A DNA stretch of 64,000 nucleotides from Eledone cirrhosa (taxonomy: Eukaryota), in contig OZ024756.1 of assembly GCA_964016885.1 (NCBI GenBank), forward strand, positions 37,386,001 to 37,450,000, written 5' to 3'. Both the position numbers and the translations under genes were made by a program. How positions within the stretch are numbered: the first letter of the stretch is position 1; each line of letters opens with the position of its first letter. The notes under the pieces were generated by a model, which was not told the DNA's origin, did not search any database, and saw only the letters and a program-made list of their open reading frames with translations. Below are positions 1 through 13,800 of this stretch, piece by piece.

Positions 1-130
1 AAACCGCCACGACCACTCTCCTCCCCGCCACCACTTGCTGCTGTCACAACTGCAAAATGTTTACCATGGAAACCGAAAGTGAGGTAGGTGACCGTTACCC
101 AAAGTGTGAACGATGGATGAAAGATTCAGG

Positions 131-512
131 TTGGTGTGGTGTGGTGTTGTGTTAGGTGGTGTGGTGTTGTGTTGAGTGGTGTGGTGTGGTGTGGTGTGGT
201 GTTGTGTTGAGTGGTGTGGTGTGGTGTGGTGTGGTGTGGTGTTGTGTAGTGTGGTTCTGTGTGGTGTAGTGTTGTGTAGTGTGGTGTGGTGTGGTGTTGC
301 GTGGTGTGGTGTTGTGTTGTGTAGTGTGTGGTGTAGTGTTGTGTTGTGTGGTGTGATATAGTGTGGTGTAGTATCGTGCTGTGTGGTGTGGTGTAGTGTG
401 GTGCTGTGTGGTGTGGTATAGTGTCGTGCTGTGTGGTGTGGAGTACTGTGGTGCAGTGTTGTGTGGTGTGGTGTGGTGCAGTGTAGTGTACTCTGATGTG
501 GTGTGGTGTGGT
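131..512. repeat. (GTG/GTGTG)-rich low-complexity repeat
   Basis: Degenerate GTGTG pentamer array. Confidence 0.9.
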
Positions 513-767
513 TCAGATTGTATCTCATAGGCTTCTTGAGTGTCTTCAATGATAGGTGTCCTAGTTCAGCAGTAGCTCCTAATGAAAACTTCCTCAAACT
601 GTGACAACCCATTTGACCCATGCTAGTATAGAAAATTGTACATAAAATATGGTAGAGGTGGTCATGAGGCTCAATTGGCTTCTTTCCTTTTTATAATCAT
701 TGTAAAAGACATGTTGCTTTTTCTAATATATTTTGTCATGAACAATTCTGTTTTTTTATGTTTTCAG

Positions 768-897
768 GTTAAAAGATCTAGAATTGTTTTTGGATCAGAC
801 CAGAGCAAAATTTGTTGGTTTTCAAGTAAAAGGGGATCATAGTTCCCTAGCTGGTCTTCCACAGCCAATACATGAAGGGGTTAAGGTATTACGGGAA
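768..897 (+). CDS. STRIP1: STRIP exon (LKDLELFLDQTRAKFVGFQVKGDHSSLAGLPQPIHEGVKVLRE)
   Basis: ttttcag acceptor and gtaagt donor; 130 nt; matches the STRIP 'KD.E.FL...R.KF.G....D....GLP.PIHE..K.L' block. Confidence 0.92.
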
Positions 898-3439
898 GTA
901 AGTGGATTTTATATTCTATTTGATCCCATTTTTATTGTTGTTCCTGTACCAGGCGATGCGTTATGTCCTTGAGCAAGACACTTTATTTCACGTTGCTCCT
1001 TCTACCTGGAGTTGCAACCGATAGATAGTATTAGCAACTGGAAAGACCGACGAAAACACTGTTTCTTTGAAAGTCGATCGATCCTTTTTTTTTTTTATTG
1101 TTGTAAGGCAGCAAATTAACAGAAATGCCAGAATGTCTCTGTCAATTTGCCACCTATATATATATATATATATAATACACATAATGTATAATATATATGT
1201 CTAGTACATTATATATAGTATACTGCACTACAAGATATATTCTATACATTTTTAGCCTATGCTGTAGGTTTAAATCTAATCTAATCTGGCCGAGTTTACA
1301 CTCACAAATAAGAAGAACCAGGGCCGCCCCTAGGAACATTGGATTTGGTGTACTTCATATTTGTTTTCGTTGCTGAATACAATCAGGGGTCGCTGCTTCT
1401 CCTGAAGGTTAATAGTTCTCTTCTAACTCAAGTGGGAGTGCCTTTCCAGCAACCCCACCAAGTTTACTTGGTGAGGAGGGTGATTTTGGACACCCTGCAG
1501 GACAAAAAACAAAACCTGACAAAGGGTGGAAGAACTCACAAGAATCAACGGCTATCTAAAAAAAAAATAAAATAATAATAATCCTGCCAAATCAATGGGT
1601 GGCTGTAGTTCCAGCCACACACATCGAAAGACTGGTGTAGTGGTTCTGAGAACAATGTGGCTTTGTAGATGATCAATGCAAATTGTAGGTTTAGACAAAT
1701 GTAAACACCTCATGTGGAACTAAATACTGTAAGGTATCTGAGGATCGGCCTCTTTCTCTTATATCCCTAACAATAATGTCCTCTACTGCCCGCATAAAAA
1801 CTCTATACTCTTTCATATAGAATTTTATTTATTTTACAGCATTTGTATATCTCTCTGTCTGAATTACAAATTAAACGTGAAGACGAGATTGCTAGAAATC
1901 CATTTTCTATGGTAAGTATGTTTATTTTTGTCTTTTATTTGCTCTCTTCAAACATCAAATTTAATTATTTTGTCATTGTTAAGCTGGTGTTTGGAGCATA
2001 ACTTAACCCTTTAGCATTTAAGCCGGCCATATCCTTTTTCTGCTCAAACTGACCCCAACCGGTCCCTCATACCGACATTAAGGTATTGTTCTCAAAATAA
2101 ATAATATCAAAATCTCATAGATTTGATATTATGTGAGATAATTATGTAAGATAAAGTGTTTACTGCAAAAATACAATAGTTTATATAGAGTAATGTAAAT
2201 GCATTTAAACCAGTCATATCCAGCCAGAATTCTCTCACCTCTTTCTGTTCAAACTGGCTGTAACCAGCCACTCATACCGATGTTAAGGTATTGTTCTTAA
2301 AATAAATAAATATCAAAATCTCATAGATTCAATATTATGCGAGGTAAAACCTTTACTGTGAAAACATAATAGTAAATATAGAATAATGCAAATGCTAAAA
2401 GGTTCTTGCATAAAATTATAATGCAAGGTTTTTAGATAAATATAGACATTTTAACCTTTTCGTTACCATGTTTCTAATGAAAGACAGTGTGGCTTGAAAT
2501 GTAACTTGTATTTGTAATGTCCCCTCATTTGACAGTCTTGTGGCAAATAAAAAGGGTTGCCTTTCATCCTTACAGGGTCGATAAAATAAAGTACCAGTAA
2601 TACACTGGGTAATTGCTGGCCTTGTGCCAAAAATAGAAACAATTATTATAACAATTATTATCATTGAGTTTTTACCATTTGTTCATATCTTTTTTGTTGT
2701 AGCCCGAGAAAGAAATACCAAACACACCCACCGAACTTTTATATCAGGCTCTGCTTCCAAGTCTACCACAGTATAGTGTAAGTTTTTGGATATTTAGTAT
2801 TTCAATGAGATAGAGCAACTATACATATATATATGTGTGTGTATATATATATATAAATATATATATATATAAATACATCTTCCTCTTTTCTTCTCTCTCT
2901 TTTTATCTTCCAATGAAGGACTAGGGTAAAAAACATAAAGATTCTTTTCCAACTATATCAAGCATTTAAACTAATATACCATTATTGCATTGTGTTGTTC
3001 TCTTGTAATGTTGTTGTTCCAGTGCTGGTGCCATCCTAAAATACAGCCAGTACACTCTGTAAGGTAGCTGGTGTCAGGAAGGGCATCCAGCCATAGAAAC
3101 CATGTTAAATATGGAACATATGAGCAAGATGAGGGTTCTCTAGCATGTCTGGTGTCAGACCAGGACATGCTCTCCAACCCCTGCTGACATGGACAGCTGA
3201 CATAAAATGATGATGATGAGGGGCACTGCATCCGTCATCCAGAAGAGACAGCATCACAACTTGTGCTCTGGAAACCGACGGTCGGACGAAGAAGCGTGGA
3301 AAAACAGGCCGTCCGTCTCATTCATTGATACCCTGCTGAGAGATGCCAACACTGATAACATCGATAAACTGAGAAATGTCATTCTCGACCGGGACGATTG
3401 GAGAAAGTGTGCTGAATCTGTGCGAGTGTAAACTCAGCC

Positions 3440-3477
<38 letters not shown>

Positions 3478-6400
3478 CTCATATACTCCCATTTTCTTCT
3501 CTTTCAGATTTCACTCCTTAAGATACTCCTGGCAGCCTCTCCTACTTCAAAAACAAAATCAGAATCCATCAACATCCTTACTGATGTCTTACCGTGAGTT
3601 GAAAATCTTGGATTTAAATTACTCTGCTCTTATCTTTGCCTTTCATGCCTCTGATGACAATAGAGTACAAGTGAAAGGGGGATGTGGGTGGCCTAGTGGT
3701 TAAGGTGTTCAAGTAATGACCATAATGTTGTTGGTTCAAGTTTTAGACCTGGTAGCACATTGTGTTCTTGAGCAAAACAATGGACAAGGGTCCCTAAATA
3801 AAACTGAGATAAGCACCTGTCTGATGAACCTCCAGGTTTGAGACTGTTACACTGGTGTGACACACCTGTTTTGTATATCTGTATGAAACGAGGGTAACAC
3901 CCAAGGTATTCACCAGGTGTAATTCTGAACTACCAACGAGAGACTACAACGAGACTGTACACACAGTTTTCCTGACAGTTCATTTCACTTCAGTTCTTAT
4001 TTATAGAGTCTCGCCTAGTCCACTTTTAGTTATGCGGGGGTATTCAGGTTTTTTTTTACCCAGAACAAAGACAGACTTGAAATATTTTATATACTCATAC
4101 TTTCAATTTATCTGACTTTCATCCCCCCTATTCTGGTGCCTTCTTCTGGTTATGCTACACACCCACATGTTGATGTTGGGCTCCCAGCACTTCCAACAGA
4201 AAGTGTCCATGTTGATCAAACAACAAAGCAGCCTGCAAGTAGATGAGCATTCCATAGACACTGGTACATGGCTACTCCTAACATCATTCTCAGGGAGATT
4301 CAGCATGCCACAAGTTTGACAAAAGGCTGGCCTTTTGAATTTACAAGTACAACTGCATATTTTTACCAGCTGAGTGGACTGGAGTGATGTAAAATAAAGT
4401 GTCTTGTTCAAAGACACAACACAACCTTTACTACTATCACCACCATCACCAACACTATATAAACAACCTGTACTGTGATGAACCTCACCACATCACCACT
4501 GCTACACCAATGACGTCCCATCTTGCCCCACCATCACTAACATCACCTACATTATATAACCAACCTGTAGTACCGTGATGAACCTCACCACATCACCATC
4601 ATCACCAACACTATATAACCAGCCTGTAGTACTGTGATGAACCTCACCACATCACCATCATCACCTACATTATATAACCAACCTGTAGTACCGTGATGAA
4701 CCTCACCACATCACCATCATCACCAACACTATATAACCAACCTGTAGTACCGTGATGAACCTCACCACATCACCATCATCACCAACACTATATAACCAAC
4801 CTGTAGTACCGTGATGAACCTCACCACATCACCATCATCACCTACATTATATAACCAACCTGTAGTACCGTGATGAACCTCACCACATCACCATCATCAC
4901 CAACACTATATAACCAACCTGTAGTACCGTGATGAACCTCACCACATCACCATCATCACCAACACTATATAACCAACCTGTAGTACCGTGATGAACCTCA
5001 CCACATCACCATCATCACCTACATTATATAACCAACCTGTAGTACCGTGATGAACCTCACCACATCACCATCATCACCAACACTATATAACCAACCTGTA
5101 GTACCGTGATGAACCTCACCACATCACCATCATCACCAACACTATATAACCAACCTGTAGTACCGTGATGAACCTCACCACATCACCATCATCACCTACA
5201 TTATATAACCAACCTGTAGTACCGTGATGAACCTCACCACATCACCATCATCACCAACACTATATAACCAACCTGTAGTACCGTGATGAACCTCACCACA
5301 TCACCATCATCACCAACACTATATAACCAACCTGTAGTACCGTGATGAACCTCACCACATCACCATCATCACCTACATTATATAACCAACCTGTAGTACC
5401 GTGATGAACCTCACCACATCACCATCATCACCAACACTATATAACCAGCCTGTAGTACCGTGATGAACCTCACCACATCACCATCATCACCTACATTATA
5501 TAACCAGCCTGTAGTACTGTGATGAACCTCACCACATCACCATCACCAACACTATATAACCAACCTGTAGTACCGTGATGAACCTCACCACATCACCATC
5601 ATCACCAACACTATATAACCAACCTGTAGTACCGTGATGAACCTCACCACATCACCATCATCACCAACACTATATAACCAACCTGTAGTACCGTGATGAA
5701 CCTCACCACATCACCATCATCACCAACACTATATAACCAGCCTGTAGGACTGTGATGAACCCCACCACATCACCATCATCACCAACACTATATAACCAGC
5801 CTGTAGGACTGTGATGAACCCCACCACATCACCATCATCACCAACACTATATAACCAGCCTGTAGTACCGTGATGAACCTCACCACATCACCATCATCAC
5901 CAACACTATATAACCAACCTGTAGTACCGTGATGAACCTCACCACATCACCATCATCACCAACACTATATAACCAGCCTGTAGGACTGTGATGAACCCCA
6001 CCACATCACCATCATCACCAACACTATATAACCAGCCTGTAGTACCGTGATGAACCTCACCACATCACCATCATCACCAACACTATATAACCAGCCTGTA
6101 GGACTAATGAACCCCACCACATCACCATCATCACCAACACTATATAACCAACCTGTAGTACTGTGATGAACCTCACCACATCACCATCATCACCAACACT
6201 ATATAACCAGCCTGTAGGACTGTGATGAACCCCACCACATCACCATCATCACCAACACTATATAACCAACCTGTAGTACCGTGATGAACCCCACCACATC
6301 ACCATCATCACCTACATTATATAACCAGCCTGTAGGACTGTGATGAACCTCACCACATCACCATCATCACCAACACTATATAACCAACCTGTAGTACCGT

Positions 6401-9400
6401 GATGAACCCCACCACATCACCATCATCACCAACACTATATAACCAACCTGTAGTACTGTGATGAACCCCACCACATCACCATCATCACCAACACTATATA
6501 ACCAGCCTGTAGTACCGTGATGAACCCCACCACATCACCATCATCACCAACATTATATAACCAGCCTGTAGGACTGTGATGAACCCCACCACATCACCAT
6601 CATCACCAACACTATATAACCAACCTGTAGTACCGTGATGAACCCCACCACATCACCATCATCACCTACATTATATAACCAGCCTGTAGGACTGTGATGA
6701 ACCTCACCACATCACCATCATCACCAACACTATATAACCAACCTGTAGTACCGTGATGAACCCCACCACATCACCATCATCACCAACACTATATAACCAA
6801 CCTGTAGTACTGTGATGAACCCCACCACATCACCATCATCACCAACACTATATAACCAGCCTGTAGTACCGTGATGAACCCCACCACATCACCATCATCA
6901 CCAACACTATATAACCAGCCTGTAGGACTGTGATGAACCCCACCACATCACCATCATCACCAACACTATATAACCAACCTGTAGTACTGTGATGAACCCC
7001 ACCACATCACCATCATCACCAACACTATATAACCAGCCTGTAGGACTAATGAACCCCACCACATCACCATCATCACCAACACTATATAACCAACCTGTAG
7101 TACTGTGATGAACCTCACCACATCACCATCATCACCAACACTATATAACCAGCCTGTAGGACTGTGATGAACCCCACCACATCACCATCATCACCAACAC
7201 TATATAACCAACCTGTAGTACCGTGATGAACCCCACCACATCACCATCATCACCTACATTATATAACCAGCCTGTAGGACTGTGATGAACCCCACCACAT
7301 CACCATCATCACCAACACTATATAACCAACCTGTAGTACTGTGATGAACCCCACCACATCACCATCATCACCAACACTATATAACCAACCTGTAGTACCG
7401 TGATGAACCCCACCACATCACCATCATCACCAACACTATATAACCAACCTGTAGTACTGTGATGAACCCCACCACATCACCATCATCACCAACACTATAT
7501 AACCAGCCTGTAGTACCGTGATGAACCCCACCACATCACCATCATCACCAACACTATATAACCAGCCTGTAGGACTGTGATGAACCTCACCACATCACCA
7601 TCATCACCAACACTATATAACCAGCCTGTAGTACCGTGATGAACCCCACCACATCACCATCATCACCAACACTATATAACCAGCCTGTAGGACTGTGATG
7701 AACCTCACCACATCACCATCATCACCAACACTATATAACCAACCTGTAGTACCGTGATGAACCTCACCACATCACCATCATCACCAACACTATATAACCA
7801 GCCTGTAGGACTAATGAACCCCACCACATCACCATCATCACCAACACTATATAACCAGCCTGTAGTACTGTGATGAACCCCACCACATCACCATCATCAC
7901 CAACACTATATAACCAGCCTGTAGGACTAATGAACCCCACCACATCACCATCATCACCAACACTATATAACCAACCTGTAGTACCGTGATGAACCCCACC
8001 ACATCACCATCATCACCAACACTATATAACCAACCTGTAGTACCGTGATGAACCTCACCACATCACCATCATCACCAACACAATATAACCAACCTGTAGT
8101 ACCGTGATGAACCCCACCACATCACCATCATCACCAACACTATATAACCAACCTGTAGTACCGTGATGAACCTCACCACATCACCATCATCACCAACATT
8201 ATATAACCAACCTGTAGTACCGTGATGAACCTCACCACATCACCATCATCACCAACATTATATAACCAACCTGTAGTACCGTGATGAACCTCACCACATC
8301 ACCATCATCACCAACACTATATAACCAACCTGTAGTACCGTGATGAACCTCACCACATCACCATCATCACCAACACTATATAACCAGCCTGTAGTACCGT
8401 GATGAACCCCACCACATCACCATCATCACCAACACAATATAACCAACCTGTAGTACCGTGATGAACCTCACCACATCACCATCATCACCAACATTATATA
8501 ACCAGCCTGTAGGACTGTGATGAACCTCACCACATCACCATCATCACCAACTCTATATAACCAGCCTGTAGGACTAATGAACCCCACCACATCACCATCA
8601 TCACCAACACTATATAACCAGCCTGTAGTACCGTGATGAACCCCACCACATCATCATCACCAACACTATATAACCAACCTGTAGTACCGTGATGAACCCC
8701 ACCACATCACCATCATCACCAACACTATATAACCAGCCTGTAGGACTGTGATGAACCCCACCACATCACCATCATCACCAACACTATATAACCAGCCTGT
8801 AGTACCGTGATGAACCCCACCACATCACCATCATCACCAACACTATATAACCAGCCTGTAGGACTGTGATGAACCCCACCACATCACCATCATCACCAAC
8901 ACTATATAACCAGCCTGTAGGACTGTGATGAACCCCACCACATCACCATCATCACCAACACTATATAACCAGCCTGTAGGACTAATGAACCCCACCACAT
9001 CACCATCATCACCAACACTATATAACCAGCCTGTAGGACTGTGATGAACCCCACCACATCACCATTATCACCAACACTATATAACCAGCCTGTAGGACTG
9101 TGATGAACCCCACCACATCACCATCCTATATATTAACTTCCTGTGTATGTTAACTTTCCTCAATTCCATTCCAGCAACCTTACAAACGAGCAAGAGCCTG
9201 ACACTCAAAATATAAGGTTTCTATCTTTTTACACCTCTCTCTCTCTCTTGTCTTTATTATTATTATTGTTGTTGTTGTTGTTATGATTTTGGCAGAATCG
9301 GTAGAGCAACGGAGTCATGCTTCATGGTATATAGTTACAACCCTTTATGTTCTGAGTTCAAATCCCACTGAGGTTAGCTTTGCCTTTCATTCTTACGGGG

Positions 9401-9614
9401 TCGATAAAATAAAGTACCAGTAACACACTGGGGTCGATTTAATCGACTATCCCCTCCTCCAAATTACTGGTCTTGTGCCTAAAGTACATACCATTATTCT
9501 GATGAAGGACTAGCGTCCGAAACGTCAAGACTCTTTTCCTACAGTATCAGGTGTAAAACTAATATATTTCTTTATTGTACTGTGTTGTTTGCTTTGTTAT
9601 TTCTGTTGGCCTTT

Positions 9615-9648
<34 letters not shown>

Positions 9649-10288
9649 TAGATAGATAGATAGAAGTGGTTACACAACAGTTAGTTCACCTTAGCGGATC
9701 CTCAGCTCGTAATGGACATGGTTATACGGAATAAAAATTAAATTTCTCGAGAGATTCCTGACTGAGATTGAACCCCAGACCAGCCCCTCTACTGTCTCAA
9801 CACCTACCAGTGCGGCCACAGAGACCATTACCAGCTGAGGATCTGCTAAGGTGAAACAATTGTTCTCGGTATGGTGAACTAACTGTTGTGTGACCACTTC
9901 TACCAAACTCGTCCCATGGACTGAGTGCTCTACCACTACGGATATTACCTTCCAGTGTTCCACCATTATATTTATATATATTGTTGGGTGAATAGTGTCA
10001 TTAAGGTGTATATATTACATGTGACAGTGTTGTGTATATATTATATTGTGGGGTGAATAGCATGTGTCTATATGGTGTATATATATTTTATGTGACAGTG
10101 GATATGTTGTGTATATATTGCATGCAACAATGTATATAGTGTGGTGTGTTTAAATTGCATGTGACTGTGTATTTACTGCGGTGTGTATATTGCATGCAAT
10201 GGTATATATATTGTACATGTGACAATGTATATACTGTATGTGTGACAGTATGGTGTGTATATACTGTACTTTACAGTGTATATATGCC

Positions 10289-10345
<57 letters not shown>

Positions 10346-10566
10346 TACACTCATGTATATATGTATATGTATGTATGCATATGCATGCATTTATATATAC
10401 ATGTGTGTGTATGTATGCATATACACACACATGTACAGGGTGGGCCAGAATTCATGACTCACTTGATTATTTATAGATTAATAAATAAAAAACCTGTGAG
10501 GCATATTAAGAAATATAACTAACAAGCGAGTCATGAATTCTGGCCCACCCAGTATATATATATATA

Positions 10567-10604
<38 letters not shown>

Positions 10605-10808
10605 CGAAGGAGTTGTGGTAAGGAACCAGATGGACCATAACGCACCAGAGTACTCAATACTTGGGGTAGTAGAGTGGGTAATAGGAGAAAGTATGACCCC
10701 GACGACAGAGCTCAAGCCGTTTCGACGGCTATTTCTGTATGACTCTTACTTTAGTCCAGAAATAGCTGTCGAAACGGCTTGAGCTCTGCTGTTGGTGTCA
10801 TACTTTCT

Positions 10809-10851
<43 letters not shown>

Positions 10852-13800
10852 AATCAAGAAAGAAGAGTGACATGGTTTGCTCTACAATAAGGGCTTTATT
10901 CACATTGCTGACAATTGTTTCTCTGAACTGGTAGGTCTAGAGATCGCTACCCGCCTGTTTTTGCGTCATAACTAAAGCCCTTATTGTATAGAAAACCATG
11001 TCACTCTTCTTTCTTGATTTATTATTACTCCAAGTGTAAACTACATAGAAATCACTGTGTACTCGCAGCATCACTATGGAAACGTCTTGTTGAGTCAAAC
11101 TTAGCCAAGCGTTAATACTATCCACTACTCAGAGTACCCTAACTGGACTACACCTAAGTGGACTACCTATAACAATAATTTGTTATCCCGTATATATATA
11201 TATATATATATATACATGTGTGTGTGTATGTGTATATATATTGCAATGTTGTGCTATTTGTGTATTTCAGGACGACAGTTTTACAGTCCATGAAGTTAGA
11301 AATTGACATAAACCGCCACAAAGAAATTATAACTAAAGCTATTTCAGGCCTGCTGTTGTTACTTCTGAAACATTTTAAACTTAACCATATTTACCAGGTA
11401 AGACCAAATATTGGGTCGTTAAGTATAAAATTTGTAGAAATTAGTTGGAAAAAAAAACAAATTCTACAAATTTCATACATGACAACCTAATATATCATCA
11501 TCATCATGCATCTGTTTTGGTTTCTAAAGGGTTAACTTCCACTTGGAGGGGGGTAAATTACTGAAAGGTGGGTGAAAGTGTTTTTATTGTGGGTTGGTAG
11601 AATCGGTAGAGCGTCAGACAACATGTTTTGCAGCATGTAGTTTTTTCGTCCCTTTATCTTGTTCTGAGTTCAAATCTCGCCGAGGTTAGCGTTGCCTTTC
11701 ATTTTTAAGGGGTCGATAAAATAAAGTACCAGTAACACACTGGGGTCGATTTAATCGACTCTCTCCTCCCATCAAATTGCTGGCCTTGTGTTAAAGTAGA
11801 AACTATTATTATTGATATTATGTGTGGTGAAGTGGAGTGGCAGAACCGGTAGATCATCGGATAAAATGCTTTGTGATATTTAGTCACAGTCCTTTATTAC
11901 ATTTTGAGTTCAAATCCTGCCGTGGTCAACTTTACTTTTCATCTTTTTGTGGTTGATAAGATAAAGCACCAGTCATGTACTGGGGGGTTATTTTTATTGA
12001 GTTCTGCCTAAATTAATGGACTTGTGTCAAACGTAGTTACAATTATTAATTTTATGAATTTTAAAAATCCAATAAGTTTCAGAAAGCCAGTACAATGCAG
12101 TAGAAATACCTAAAGGTCATCATCATCATCATCACCATTTTACGTCCGCTTTTCCTTGCTTGCAAGCGTGGGACAGGTCCTATTCAGCACAGCATCTCTC
12201 CATTCGTCACTGTCCATTGTCATCTCCTCCGTGAGCTTCACGATTTCGAGGTCAGCTCTCACCACCTCCGCCCATGTTTTTCGTGGTCTTCCTTCTACTG
12301 GCATTTCTTGGCACTTCTTCACCCAGCAGTCATCCTCCATGCGCATCACATGTCCATACCAACACAGTCTTCTCTCCCGCACACTACAGCCTATCCCTCT
12401 AACAAAACCAGCTAATGTTTTACCCAGTATATTTCAGTATTACTTTGTTTTGTTTTATTTGTCATTCTTTACCCTTTATATACTACATCATACCAGCTTT
12501 TTAAAACTTATTAGTCTTTTATTACCTCACAGCGTTTCATATTAACTATACTGCTTTATTTCTTATTATATTTCAGTTTGAGTTTTTAAGCCAACATTTA
12601 GTGCTTGCTAACTGCATTCCACTTGTCTTAAAGTTCTTCAATCAAAATATCATGTCTTATGTAGCCACCAAAAACAGGTAAGTCCTTCATTAAAATACCT
12701 CAAATGCTTCTTAATATTACCTCTAAGATGGACTGGGGGCGGGGGGGGGGGGGGATATCTGTGATGTGTGTGTGATTAGCTTTGGTCTTGTTTATTGTTT
12801 CCATTTGATACATAATGTCTTCTCCTTCTCTTTCAGTATTGTACCTTTAGATTTCCCTTCTTGTGTAATTGGAGAACAAGTTGAAATAACCGGGGAAAAT
12901 TTGGTAAGTTCCACTGATTTATTTTGTAACCCTTTAGTATTTACATTACTCTATATTTACTATTATATTTTCATGGTAAAGGCTTTACTTCATATAATAT
13001 TGAATCTATGAGGAAAGTTGTCTGGTGCTAGTGTCATGAAGTATGAGGGTCGGCTGAAAAGTTAATAGACTGACCAAGATACTCTCATGAAATTACCAAA
13101 TGTGGTTGTGTTGTTACAAGAGGTTGGTTATATCACAAAACAGGAAAGTTTCCATCTTTTGTCATAAACTAGGAGTGTCACCATCACAAGTTGTTACAGT
13201 TATATCACAAAACAGGAAAGTTTCCATCTTTTGTCATAAACTAGGAGTGTCACCATCACAAGTTGTTACTATTATATCACAAAGCAGGAAAGCTGCCTTC
13301 TGTGTTGTTGTTGTTTTATTGTAAAAATAAATCTTTTGTTTGTTGTTTATTTTCTGCAGGAAAATGGTGATGACCAAGTGTTCTGTTGGCGCAACTTGTT
13401 TTCCTGTATCAATCTTCTGAGAATATTGAATAAGTTGATTAAATGGAAACATGCCAGAACTATGGTAAGTGCCTGCTACTTTCTCTTTCTTTTCTCTCTG
13501 ATCTGAGATTCTCACTCTTTTACAACGCCATCAATCTCATGCTATACATCATTATCAGCATCATTGGTTAACGTCAATTTTCCATGCTAGCATGGGTAAT
13601 ATGTTTGGTTATCAATGTTTCATCACCCCAGTGGAAAATGATAGTTTTGTGTTCTGGAAGAGGTCAGTAGAATTGTTTGACCTTTGACATTTGGGGAACA
13701 TAAAAACAAAAAAAAAAACAAGGAAAGAAGCTGAGCATCCGATTGAATCAACGAAACAATGATTCCATTGATGAACAACTGACAACCTCCCCAGTGCTGG

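Noticed and set aside
3815-3858. Hammerhead-like TGT-CTGATGA-ACCtccaGGT-TT-GAGA-CTG-TT-ACA
   Set aside because: GAAA is replaced by GAGA, stem III is unconvincing, and it lies at the tail of a degraded SINE.
4436-9125. 59-bp array as a CRISPR array, C/D snoRNA cluster or hammerhead satellite
   Set aside because: No unique spacers. GTGATGA resembles a C box or hammerhead core, but the unit has no CTGA D box, no GAAA and no pairing stems.
10119-10390. TGCATG (Rbfox) cluster downstream of the candidate exon
   Set aside because: TGCATG arises frequently in the purine-pyrimidine alternating repeats throughout this window, so it is not distinguishable from background.
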